Positions 38,110-51,100 of a stretch of 64,000 bases of DNA are shown here, piece by piece. Where the stretch lies: assembly GCA_964016885.1 (NCBI GenBank), contig OZ024742.1, positions 166,532,001 through 166,596,000 on the forward strand, in the 5' to 3' direction. Both the position numbers and the translations under genes were made by a program. The stretch's first letter is position 1. Each line of letters opens with the position of its first letter. A model generated the notes under the pieces. That model saw only the letters and a list, made by a program, of their open reading frames with translations, searched no databases and was not told the origin of the DNA. This DNA is from Eledone cirrhosa. Its lineage: Eukaryota.

Positions 38110-41100
38110 AAATCAAGGGGAGATAATTTCCAGCCGTCCAAGGAGAGGTAATTTCTAGACGTCCAAGGGGAGATAATTTCCAGCCGTCCAAGGGGAGATA
38201 ATATCCAGCCGTCCAAGGGTAGATAATATCCAGCCGTCCAAGGAGACATATTTTCCAGCTTTCCAAGGAGAGGTAATTTCTAGCCGTCCAAGGGGAGATA
38301 AATTCCAGCCTCCAAGGGGAGATAATTTCCAGCCAGCCAAGAGGAGATAATTTGTAAAAAAAATCAGGGGGAGATAATTTGTAAAAAAAATCAGGGGGAG
38401 ATAATTTGTAAAAAAAATCAGGGGGAGATAATTTCCAGCCGTCCAAGGGGAGATAATTTTCAGCCGTCCAAGGGGAGATAATTTCCCGCCAGCCAAGGGA
38501 AGATAATATTTAAAAAATGAGGCGGAGATAATTTGTAAAAAAAATCGGGGAGATAATTTGTAAAAAAATCAGGGGGAGATAATTTGTAAAAAAAAAATGA
38601 GGGGGAGATAATTTGTAAAAAAAATCAGGGGGAGATAATTTGTAAAAAAAAATCAGGGGTAGATAATTTGTAAAAAAAAATCAGGGGGAGATAATTTGTA
38701 AAAAAAATCAGGGGGAGATAATTTATAAAAAAAATCAAGGGGAGATAATTTCCAGCCGTCCAAGGGAAGATAATTTCAAGCCCTCCAAGGGGCTATAATT
38801 TCCAGTGTCCAAGGGGAGATAATTTCCAGCCAGCGAAGGGGAGATAATTTTTTTTTAAAAATCAGGGGGAGATTTGTAAAAAAAATCAGGGGGAGATAAT
38901 TTGTAAAAAAAATCAAAGGGAGATAATTTCCAGCCGTCCAAAGAGATAATTTCTAGCCGTCCAAGGGGAGATAATTTCGAGCCAAGGGGAGATAATTTCC
39001 AGCCGTCCAAGGGGAGATAATTTTTTAAAAAATCAGGTGGAGATAATTTGTAAAAAAAATCAGGGGGAGATAATTTGTAAAAACAAAATCAAGGGCAGAT
39101 AATTTCCAGCTGTCCAAGGGGAGATAATTTCCAGCCGTGCAAGGGGAGATAATTTCCAGCCGTCCAAGGGGAGATAATTTCCATCCTTCCAAGGGGAGAT
39201 AATTTCCAGCCGTCCAAGGGGAGATAATTTCCCGCCAGCCAAGGGAAGATAATTTTTTAAAAAATCAGGCGGAGATTGTAAAAAAAATCAGGGGGAGATA
39301 ATTTGTAAAAAAATCAGGGGGAGATAATTTGTAAAAAAATCAAGGGGAGATAATTTCCAGCTGTCCAAGGGGAGGTAATATCTAGCCGTCCAAGGGGAGA
39401 TAATTTCCAGCCGTCCAAGGGGAGATAATTTCCAGCCGTCCAAGGGTAGATAATATCCAGCCGTCCAAGGAGACATATTTTCCAGCCGTCCAAGGAGAGG
39501 TAATTTCTAGCCGTCCAAGTGGAGATAAATTCCAGCCTCCAAGGGGAGATAATTTCCAGCCAGCCAAGGGGAGATAATTTGTAAAAAAATCAGGGGGAGA
39601 TAATTTGTAAAAAAAATCAGGGGGAGATAATTTGTAAAAAAAAATCAGGGGGAGATAATTTGTAAAAAAAATCAGGGGGAGATAATTTGTAAAAAAAATC
39701 AAGGGGAGATAATTTCCAGCCGTCCAAGGGGAGATAATTTTCAGCCGTCCAAGGGGAGATAATTTCCCGCCAGCCAAGGCAAGATAATATTTAAAAAATG
39801 AGGCGGAGATAATTTGTAAAAAAAAATCAGGGGTAGATAATTTGTAAAAAAAATCAGGGGGAGATAATTTGTAAAAAAAATCACGGGGAGATAATTTCCA
39901 GCCGTCCAAGGAGAGATAATTTTTAAAAAAAATCAGGCGGAGATAATTTGTAAAAAAAAAATCAGGGGGAGATAATTTGTAAAAAAAAATCAGGGGGAGA
40001 TAATTTGTAAAAAAAATCAAGGGGAGATAATTTCCAGCCGTCCAAGGGGAGATAATTTTCAGCCGTCCAAGGGGAGATAATTTCCAGCCGTCCAAGGGGA
40101 GATAATTTTAAAAAAAAATCAGGGGGAGATAATTTGTAAAAAAAAAATCAGGGGGAGATAATTTGTAAAAAAAAATCAGGGGGAGATAATTTGTAAAAAA
40201 AATCAAGGGGAGATAATTTGCAACCGTCAAAGGGGACATAATTTTCAGTCGTCCAAGGAGAGGTAATTTCTAGCCGTACAAGGGGAGATAATTTCCAGCC
40301 CTCCAAGGGGAGATAATTTCCAGCCGTCCAAGGGGAAATAATTTTTTTTTAAAAATCAGGCGGAGATAATTTGTAAAAAAAAAATCAGGGGGAGATAATT
40401 TGTAAAAAAAAATCAGGGGGAGATAATTTGTAAAAAAAAATCAGGGGGAGATAATTTGTAAAAAAAATCAAGGGGAGATAATTTCCAGCCGTCCAAGGGA
40501 AGATAATTTCCAGCCCTCCAAGGGGCTATAATTTCCAGCGTCCAAGGGGAGATAATTTCCAGCCAGCGAAGGGGAGATAATTGTTTTAAAAAAATCATTG
40601 GGAGATTTGTAAAAAAAATCAGGGGGAGATAATTAATAAAAAAAATCAAGGGGAGATAATTTCCAGCCGTCCAAGGGGAGGTAATATCTAGCCGTCCAAG
40701 GGGAGATAATTTCCAGCCGTCCAAGGGGAGATAATTTCCAGCCGTCCAAGGGTAGATAATATCCAGCCGTCCAAGGAGACATATTTTCCAGCCGTCCAAG
40801 GAGAGGTAATTTCTAGCCGTCCAAGGGGAGATAAATTCCAGCCTCCAAGGGGAGATAATTTCCAGCCAGCCAAGGGGAGATAATTTGTAAAAAAATCAGG
40901 GGGAGATAATTTGTAAAAAAAATCAGGGGTAGATAATTTGTAAAAAAAAATCAGGGGGAGATAATTTGTAAAAAAAAATCAGGGGGAGATAATTTGTAAA
41001 AAAAAATCAAGGGGAGATAATTTCCAGCCGTCCAAGGAGAGATAATTTTAAAAAAAAATCAGGCGGAGATAATTTGTAAAAAAAAATCAGGGGGAGATAA

Positions 41101-41540
41101 TTTGTAAAAAAAAATCAGGGGGAGATAATTTGTAAAAAAAATCAAGGGGAGATAATTTCCAGCCGTCCAAGGGGAGATAATTTCCAGCCGTCCAAGGGGA
41201 GATAATTTTTTTAAAAAAATCAGGCGGAGATAATTTGTAAAAAAAATCAGGGGGAGATAATTTGTAAAAAAAAATCAGGGGGAGATAATTTGTAAAAAAA
41301 AATCAGGGGGAGATAATTTCCAGCCGTCCAAGGTAAGATAATTTCCAGCCCTCCAAGGGGCTATAATTTCCAGCCGTCCAAGGGTAGATAATATCCAGCC
41401 GTCCAAGTAGACATATTTTCCAGCCGTCCAAGGAGAGGTAATTTCTAGCCGTCCAAGGGGAGATAAATTCCAGCCTCCAAGGGGAGATAATTTCCAGCCA
41501 GCCAAGGGGAGATAATTTGTAAAAAAATCAGGTGGAGATA
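38110..41540 (+). repeat. ~3.4-kb dispersed copy of ~7650-11030 (and ~51200-54600)
   Basis: ORF offsets: 7691/38155 (30464); 8598/39060, 8920/39382, 9951/40413 (30462); 10762/41275 (30513). Shared rare markers tcacgggg (9419/39881/52966) and gcaaccgtcaaaggggac (9758/40220/53305). Confidence 0.88.
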
Positions 41541-41559
41541 ATTTTTTAAAAAAATCAGG

Positions 41560-44500
41560 GGGAGATAATTTGTAAAAAAAAATCAGGGGGAGATAATTTG
41601 TAAAAAAAAATCAGGGGGAGATAATTTGTAAAAAAAAATCAGGGGGAGATAATTTGTAAAAAAATTCAAGGGGAGATAATTTCCAGCCGTCCAAGGGAAG
41701 ATAATTTCCAGCCCTCCAAGGGGCTATAATTTCCAGCGTCCAAGGGGAGATAATTTCCAGCCAGCGAAGGGGAGATAATTGTTTTAAAAAAATCATTGGG
41801 AGATTTGTAAAAAAAATCAGGGGGAGATAATTAATAAAAAAAATCAAGGGGAGATAATTCCAGCCGTCCAAGGGGAGGTAATATCTAGCCGTCCAAGGGG
41901 AGATAATTTCCAGCCGTCCAAGGGGAGATAATTTCCAGCCGTCCAAGGGTAGATAATATCCAGCCGTCCAAGGAGACATATTTTCCAGCCGTCCAAGGAG
42001 AGGTAATTTCTAGCCGTCCAAGGGGAGATAAATTCCAGCCTCCAAGGGGAGATAATTTCCAGCCAGCCAAGGGGAGATAATTTGTAAAAAAATCAGGGGG
42101 AGATAATTTGTAAAAAAAGTCAGGGGTAGATAATTTGTAAAAAAAAATCAGGGGGAGATAATTTGTAAAAAAAAATCAGGGGGAGATAATTTGTAAAAAA
42201 AATCAAGGGGAGATAATTTCCAGCCGTCCAAGGAGAGATAATTTTAAAAAAAAAATCAGGCGGTGATAATTTGTAAAAAAAAATCAGGGGGAGATAATTT
42301 GTAAAAAAAATCAGGGGGAGATAATTAGTAAAAAAAATCAAGGGGAGATAATTTCCAGCCGTCCAAGGGGAGGTAATATCTAGCCGTCCAAGGGGAGATA
42401 ATTTCCAGCCGTCCAAGGGGAGATAATTTCCAGCCGTCCAAGGGTAGATAATATCCAGCCGTCCAAGTAGACATATTTTCCAGCCGTCCAAGGAGAGGTA
42501 ATTTCTAGCCGTCCAAGGGGAGATAAATTCCAGCCTCCAAGGGGAGATAATTTCTAGCCAGCCAAGGGGAGATAATTTGTAAAAAAATCAGGGGGAGATA
42601 ATTTGTAAAAAAAATCAGGGGGAGATAATTTGTAAAAAAAAATCAGGGGGAGATAATTTGTAAAAAAAAATCAGGGGGAGATAATTTGTAAAAAAAATCA
42701 GGGGGAGATAATTTGTAAAAAAAAATCAGGGGGAGATAATTTGTAAAAAAAAATCAGGGGGAGATAATTTTTAAAAAAAAATCAGGGGGAGATAATTTGT
42801 AAAAAAAATCAAGGGGAGATAATTTCCAGCCGTCCAAGGGGAGATAATTTCCAGCCGTCCAAGGGGAGGTAATATCTAGCCGTCCAAGGGGAGATAATTT
42901 CCAGCCGTCCAAGAGGAGATAATTTCCAGCCGTCCAAGGGTAGATAATATCCAGCCGTCCAAGGAGACATATTTTCCAGCCGTCCAAGGAGAGGTAATTT
43001 CTAGCCGTCGAAGGGGAGATAAATTCCAGCCTCCAAGGGGAGATAATTTGTAAAAAAAATCAGGGGGAGATAATTTGTAAAAAAAATCAGGGGGAGATAA
43101 TTTGTAAAAAAAAATCAGGGGGAGATAATTTGTAAAAAAAATCAGGGGGAGATAATTTGTAAAAACAAATCAAGGGGAGATAATTTCCAGCCGTCCAAGG
43201 GGAGATAATTTTCAGCCGCCCAAGGGGAGATAATTTCCCGCCAGCCAAGGGAAGATAATATTTAAAAAATCAGGCGGAGATAATTTGTAAAAAAAATCAG
43301 GGGGAGATAATTTGTAAAAAAATCAGGGGGAGATAATTTGTAAAAAAAAAATCAGGGGGAGATAATTTGTAAAAAAAATCAGGGGGAGATGATTTGTAAA
43401 AAAAATCAGGGGTAGATAATTTGTAAAAAAAAATCAGGGGGAGATAATTTGTAAAAAAAAATCAGGGGGAGATAATTTGTAAAAAAAATCAAGAGGAGAT
43501 AATTTCCAGCCGTCCAAGGGGAGATAATTTTCAGCCGTCCAAGGGGAGATAATTTCCAGCCGTCCAAGGGGAGATAATTTCCATCCTTCCAAGGGGAGAT
43601 AATTTCCAGCCGTCCAAGGGGAGATAATTTCCCGCCAACCAAGGGAAGATAATTTTTAAAAAAATCAGGCGGAGATTGTAAAAAAAATCAGGGGGAGATA
43701 ATTTGTAAAAAAATCAGGGGGAGATAATTTGTAAAAAAAAAATCAGGGGGAGATAATTTGTAAAAAAAATCAGGGGGAGATAATTTGTAAAAAAAAATCA
43801 AGGGGAGATAATTTGTACAAAAAATCAGGGGTATATAATTTGTAAAAAAAAATCAGGGGGAGATAATTTGTAAAAAAAAATCAGGGGGAGATAATTTGTA
43901 AAAAAAATCAAGGGGAGATAATTTGCAGCCGTCCAAGGGGAGATAATTTTCAGCCGTCCAAGGAGAGGTAATTTCTAGCCGTCCAAGGTGAGATAATATC
44001 CAGCCGTCCAAGGGGAGATAATTTCCAGCCGTCCAAGGGGAGATAATTTAAAAAAAAAAACAGGCGAAGATAATTTGTAAAAAAAAAATCAGGGGGAGAT
44101 AATTTGTAAAAAAAAATCAGGGGGAGATAATTTGTAAAAAAAATCAGGGGGAGGAAATTTGTAAAAAAAATCAAGGGGAGATAATTTCCAGCCGTCCAAG
44201 GGAAGATAATTTCCAGCCCTCCAAGGGGCTATAATTTCCAGCGTCCAAGGGGAGATAATTTCCAGCCAGCGAAGGGGAGATAATTTTTTTTTTTTAAAAT
44301 CAGGGGGACATAATTTGTAAAAAAAATCAGGGGGAGATAATTTGTAAAAAAAATCAAGGGGAGATAATTTGTAAAAAAAAATCAGGGGGAGATAATTTGT
44401 AAAAAAAAATCAGGGGGAGATAATTTGTAAAAAAAATTAAGGGGAGATAATTTGTAAAAAAAAATCAAGGGGAGATAATTTCCAGCCGTCCAAGGAGAGG

Positions 44501-45110
44501 TAATTTCTAGACGTCCAAGGGGAGATAATTTCCAGCCGTCCAAGGGGAGATAATTTCCAGCCGTCCAAGGGTAGATAATATCCAGCCGTCCAAGGAGACA
44601 TATTTTCCAGCTTTCCAAGGAGAGGTAATTTCTAGCCGTCCAAGGGGAGATAAATTCCAGCCTCCAAGGGGAGATAATTTCCAGCCAGCCAAGAGGAGAT
44701 AATTTGTAAAAAAAATCAGGGGGAGATAATTTGTAAAAAAAATCAGGGGGAGATAATTTGTAAAAAAAATCAGGGGGAGATAATTTCCAGCCGTCCAAGG
44801 GGAGATAATTTTCAGCCGTCCAAGGGGAGATAATTTCCCGCCAGCCAAGGGAAGATAATATTTAAAAAATGAGGCGGAGATAATTTGTAAAAAAAATCAG
44901 GGGGAGATAATTTGTAAAAAAATCAGGGGGAGATAATTTGTAAAAAAAAAATCAGGGGGAGATAATTTGTAAAAAAAATCAGGGGGAGATAATTTGTAAA
45001 AAAAAATCAGGGGTAGATAATTTGTAAAAAAAAATCAGGGGGAGATAATTTGTAAAAAAAATCAGGGGGAGATAATTTATAAAAAAAATCAAGGGGAGAT
45101 AATTTCCAGC
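41560..45110 (+). repeat. ~3.5-kb segment repeated ~6.73-6.79 kb downstream (~48350-51850); further copies at ~4800-8300 and, partially, 1-1570
   Basis: ORF offsets: 41611/48397, 41885/48671, 42120/48906 (6786); then 42754/49485, 43406/50137, 43950/50681, 44507/51238 (6731); also 404/7134 and 836/7566 (6730). Boundaries are approximate. Confidence 0.88.
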
Positions 45111-48100
45111 CGTCCAAGGGGAGATAATTTTCAGCCGTCCAAGGGGAGATAATTTCCAGCCGTCCAAGGGGAGATAATTTCCATCCTTCCAAGGGGAGAT
45201 AATTTCCAGCCGTCCAAGGGGAGATAATTTCCCGCCAACCAAGGGAAGATAATTTTTTAAAAAATCAGGCGGAGATTGTAAAAAAAATCAGGGGGAGATA
45301 ATTTGTAAAAAAATCAGGGGGAGATAATTTGTAAAAAAAAATCAGGGGGAGATAATTTGTAAAAAAAATCAGGGGGAGATAATTTGTAAAAAAAAATCAA
45401 GGGGAGATAATTTGTAAAAAAAAATCAGGGGGAGATAATTTGTAAAAAAAAATCAGGGGGAGGTAATTTGTAAAAAAAATCAAGGGGAGATAATTTCCAG
45501 CCGTCCAAGGGAAGATAATTTCCAGCCCTCCAAGGGGCTATAATTTCCAGCGTCCAAGGGGAGATAATTTCCAGCCAGCGAAGGGGAGATAATTTTTTTT
45601 TTTTTAAATCAGGGGGACATAATTTGTAAAAAAAATCAGGGGGAGATAATTTGTAAAAAAAATCAAGGGGAGATAATTTGTAAAAAAAAATCAGGGGGAG
45701 ATAATTTGTAAAAAAAAATCAGGGGGAGATAATTTGTAAAAAAAATCAAGGGGAGATAATTTGTAAAAAAAAATCAAGGGGAGATAATTTCCAGCCGTCC
45801 AAGGGGAGATAATTTTCAGCCGTCCAAGGGGAGATAATTTCCCGCCAGCCAATGAAAGATAATATTTAAAAAAATCAGGCGGAGATAATTTGTAAAAAAA
45901 ATCAGGGGGAGATAATTTGTAAAAAAATCAGGGGGAGATAATTTGTAAAAAAAAAATCAGGGGGAGATAATTTGTAAAAAAAATCAGGGGGAGATAATTT
46001 GTAAAAAAAAATCAGGGGGAGATAATTTGTAAAAAAAATCAGGGGGAGATAATTTGTAAAAAAAATCAATTGGAGATAATTTCCAGCCGTCCAAGGGGAG
46101 ATAATTTTCAGCCGTCCAAGGAGAGGTAATTTCTAGACGTCCAAGAGGAGATAATTTCCAGCCGTCCAAGGGGAGATAATTTCCAGCCGTCCAAGGGTAG
46201 ATAATATCCAGCCGTCCAAGGAGACATATTTTCCAGCTTTCCAAGGAGAGGTAATTTCTAGCCGTCCAAGGGGAGATAAATTCCAGCCTCCAAGGGGAGA
46301 TAATTTCCAGCCAGCCAAGGGGAGATAATTTGTAAAAAAATCAGGGGGAGATAATTTGTAAAAAAAATCAGGGGGAGATAATTTGTAAAAAAAATCAGGG
46401 GGAGATAATTTGTAAAAAACATCAAGGGGAGATAATTTCCAGCCGTCCAAGGGGAGATAATTTTCAGCCGTCCAAGGGGAGATAATTTCCCGCCAGCCAA
46501 GGGAAGATAATATTTAAAAAATGAGGCGGAGATAATTTGTAAAAAAAATCAGGGGGAGATAATTTGTAAAAAAATCAGGGGGAGATAATTTGTAAAAAAA
46601 AAATCAGGGGGAGATAATTTGTAAAAAAAATCAGGGGGAGATAATTTGTAAAAAAAAATCAGGGGTAGATAATTTGTAAAAAAAAATCAGGGGGAGATAA
46701 TTTGTAAAAAAAATCAGGGGGAGATAATTTGTAAAAAAAATCAAGGGGAGATAATTTCCAGCCGTCCAAGGGAAGATAATTTCAAGCCCTCCAAGGGGCT
46801 ATAATTTCCAGTGTCCAAGGGGAGATAATTTCCAGCCAGCGAAGGGGAGATAATTTTTTTTAAAAATCAGGGGGAGATTTGTAAAAAAAATCAGGGGGAG
46901 ATAATTTGTAAAAAAAATCAAAGGGAGATAATTTCCAGCCGTCCAAAGAGAGATAATTTCTAGCCGTCCAAGGGGAGATAATTTCGAGCCAAGGGGAGAT
47001 AATTTCCAGCCGTCCAAGGGGAGATAATTTTTTAAAAAATCAGGTGCAGATAATTTGTAAAAAAAATCAGGGGGAGATAATTTGTAAAAACAAAATCAAG
47101 GGCAGATAATTTCCAGCTGTCCAAGGGGAGATAATTTCCAGCCGTGCAAGGGGAGATAATTTCCAGCCGTCCAAGGGGAGATAATTTCCATCCTTCCAAG
47201 GGGAGATAATTTCCAGCCGTCCAAGGGGAGATAATTTCCCGCCAGCCAAGGGAAGATAATTTTTTAAAAAATCAGGCGGAGATTGTAAAAAAAATCAGGG
47301 GGAGATAATTTGTAAAAAAATCAGGTGGAGATAATTTGTAAAAAAATCAAGGGGAGATAATTTCCAGCTGTCCAAGGGGAGGTAATATCTAGCCGTCCAA
47401 GGGGAGATAATTTCCAGCCGTCCAAGGGGAGATAATTTCCAGCCGTCCAAGGGTAGATAATATCCAGCCGTCCAAGGAGACATATTTTCCAGCCCTCCAA
47501 GGAGAGGTAATTTCTAGCCGTCCAAGTGGAGATAAATTCCAGCCTCCAAGGGGAGATAATTTCCAGCCAGCCAAGGGGAGATAATTTGTAAAAAAATCAG
47601 GGGGAGATAATTTGTAAAAAAAATCAGGGGGAGATAATTTGTAAAAAAAAATCAGGGGGAGATAATTTGTAAAAAAAATCAGGGGGAGATAATTTGTAAA
47701 AAAAATCAAGGGGAGATAATTTCCAGCCGTCCAAGGGGAGATAATTTTCAGCCGTCCAAGGGGAGATAATTTCCCGCCAGCCAAGGGAAGATAATATTTA
47801 AAAAATGAGGCGGAGATAATTTGTAAAAAAAATCAGGGGGAGATAATTTGTAAAAAAATCAGGGGGAGATAATTTGTAAAAAAAAATCAGGGGGAGATAA
47901 TTTGTAAAAAAAAATCAGGGGGAGATAATTTGTAAAAAAAATTAGGGGGAGATAATTTGTAAAAAAAAATCAGGGGTAGATAATTTGTAAAAAAAAATCA
48001 GGGGGAGATAATTTGTAAAAAAAATCAGGGGGAGATAATTTGTAAAAAAAATCAAGGGGAGATAATTTCCAGCCGTCCAAGGAGAGATAATTTAAAAAAA

Positions 48101-51100
48101 AAATCAGGCGGAGATAATTTGTAAAAAAAAATCAGGGGGAGATAATTTGTAAAAAAAAATCAGGGGGAGATAATTTGTAAAAAAAATCAAGGGGAGATAA
48201 TTTCCAGCCGTCCAAGGGGAGATAATTTTCAGCCGTCCAAGGGGAGATAATTTCCAGCCGTCCAAGGGGAGATAATTTCCAGCCGTCCAAGGGGAGATAA
48301 TTTCCAGCCGTCCAAGGGGAGATAATTTTTTTTTAAAAATCAGGCGGAGATAATTTGTAAAAAAAAAATCAGGGGGAGATAATTTGTAAAAAAAAATCAG
48401 GGGGAGATAATTTGTAAAAAAAAATCAGGGGGAGATAATTTGTAAAAAAAATCAAGGGGAGATAATTTCCAGCCGTCCAAGGGAAGATAATTTCCAGCCC
48501 TCCAAGGGGCTATAATTTCCAGCGTCCAAGGGGAGATAATTTCCAGCCAGCGAAGGGGAGATAATTGTTTTAAAAAAATCATTGGGAGATTTGTAAAAAA
48601 AATCAGGGGGAGATAATTAATAAAAAAAATCAAGGGGAGATAATTCCAGCCGTCCAAGGGGAGGTAATATCTAGCCGTCCAAGGGGAGATAATTTCCAGC
48701 CGTCCAAGGGGAGATAATTTCCAGCCGTCCAAGGGTAGATAATATCCAGCCGTCCAAGGAGACATATTTTCCAGCCGTCCAAGGAGAGGTAATTTCTAGC
48801 CGTCCAAGGGGAGATAAATTCCAGCCTCCAAGGGGAGATAATTTCCAGCCAGCCAAGGGGAGATAATTTGTAAAAAAATCAGGGGGAGATAATTTGTAAA
48901 AAAAGTCAGGGGTAGATAATTTGTAAAAAAAAATCAGGGGGAGATAATTTGTAAAAAAAAATCAGGGGGAGATAATTTGTAAAAAAAATCAAGGGGAGAT
49001 AATTTCCAGCCGTCCAAGGAGAGATAATTTTAAAAAAAAAATCAGGCGGTGATAATTTGTAAAAAAAAATCAGGGGGAGATAATTTGTAAAAAAAATCAG
49101 GGGGAGATAATTAGTAAAAAAAATCAAGGGGAGATAATTTCCAGCCGTCCAAGGGGAGGTAATATCTAGCCGTCCAAGGGGAGATAATTTCCAGCCGTCC
49201 AAGGGGAGATAATTTCCAGCCGTCCAAGGGTAGATAATATCCAGCCGTCCAAGTAGACATATTTTCCAGCCGTCCAAGGAGAGGTAATTTCTAGCCGTCC
49301 AAGGGGAGATAAATTCCAGCCTCCAAGGGGAGATAATTTCTAGCCAGCCAAGGGGAGATAATTTGTAAAAAAATCAGGGGGAGATAATTTGTAAAAAAAA
49401 TCAGGGGGAGATAATTTGTAAAAAAAAATCAGGGGGAGATAATTTGTAAAAAAAAATCAGGGGGAGATAATTTGTAAAAAAAAATCAGGGGGAGATAATT
49501 TTTAAAAAAAAATCAGGGGGAGATAATTTGTAAAAAAAATCAAGGGGAGATAATTTCCAGCCGTCCAAGGGGAGATAATTTCCAGCCGTCCAAGGGGAGG
49601 TAATATCTAGCCGTCCAAGGGGAGATAATTTCCAGCCGTCCAAGAGGAGATAATTTCCAGCCGTCCAAGGGTAGATAATATCCAGCCGTCCAAGGAGACA
49701 TATTTTCCAGCCGTCCAAGGAGAGGTAATTTCTAGCCGTCGAAGGGGAGATAAATTCCAGCCTCCAAGGGGAGATAATTTGTAAAAAAAATCAGGGGGAG
49801 ATAATTTGTAAAAAAAATCAGGGGGAGATAATTTGTAAAAAAAAATCAGGGGGAGATAATTTGTAAAAAAAATCAGGGGGAGATAATTTGTAAAAACAAA
49901 TCAAGGGGAGATAATTTCCAGCCGTCCAAGGGGAGATAATTTTCAGCCGCCCAAGGGGAGATAATTTCCCGCCAGCCAAGGGAAGATAATATTTAAAAAA
50001 TCAGGCGGAGATAATTTGTAAAAAAAATCAGGGGGAGATAATTTGTAAAAAAATCAGGGGGAGATAATTTGTAAAAAAAAAATCAGGGGGAGATAATTTG
50101 TAAAAAAAATCAGGGGGAGATGATTTGTAAAAAAAATCAGGGGTAGATAATTTGTAAAAAAAAATCAGGGGGAGATAATTTGTAAAAAAAAATCAGGGGG
50201 CGATAATTTGTAAGAAAAATCAAGAGGAGATAATTTCCAGCCGTCCAAGGGGAGATAATTTTCAGCCGTCCAAGGGGAGATAATTTCCAGCCGTCCAAGG
50301 GGAGATAATTTCCATCCTTCCAAGGGGAGATAATTTCCAGCCGTCCAAGGGGAGATAATTTCCCGCCAACCAAGGGAAGATAATTTTTAAAAAAATCAGG
50401 CGGAGATTTTAAAAAAAATCAGGGGGAGATAATTTGTAAAAAAATCAGGGGGAGATAATTTGTAAAAAAAAAATCAGGGGGAGATAATTTGTAAAAAAAA
50501 TCAGGGGGAGATAATTTGTAAAAAAAAATCAAGGGGAGATAATTTGTACAAAAAATCAGGGGTATATAATTTGTAAAAAAAAATCAGGGGGAGATAATTT
50601 GTAAAAAAAAATCAGGGGGAGATAATTTGTAAAAAAAATCAAGGGGAGATAATTTGCAGCCGTCCAAGGGGAGATAATTTTCAGCCGTCCAAGGAGAGGT
50701 AATTTCTAGCCGTCCAAGGTGAGATAATATCCAGCCGTCCAAGGGGAGATAATTTCCAGCCGTCCAAGGGGAGATAATTTAAAAAAAAAAACAGGCGAAG
50801 ATAATTTGTAAAAAAAAAATCAGGGGGAGATAATTTGTAAAAAAAAATCAGGGGGAGATAATTTGTAAAAAAAATCAGGGGGAGGTAATTTGTAAAAAAA
50901 ATCAAGGGGAGATAATTTCCAGCCGTCCAAGGGAAGATAATTTCCAGCCCTCCAAGGGGCTATAATTTCCAGCGTCCAAGGGGAGATAATTTCCAGCCAG
51001 CGAAGGGGAGATAATTTTTTTTTTTTTAAATCAGGGGGACATAATTTGTAAAAAAAATCAGGGGGAGATAATTTGTAAAAAAAATCAAGGGGAGATAATT

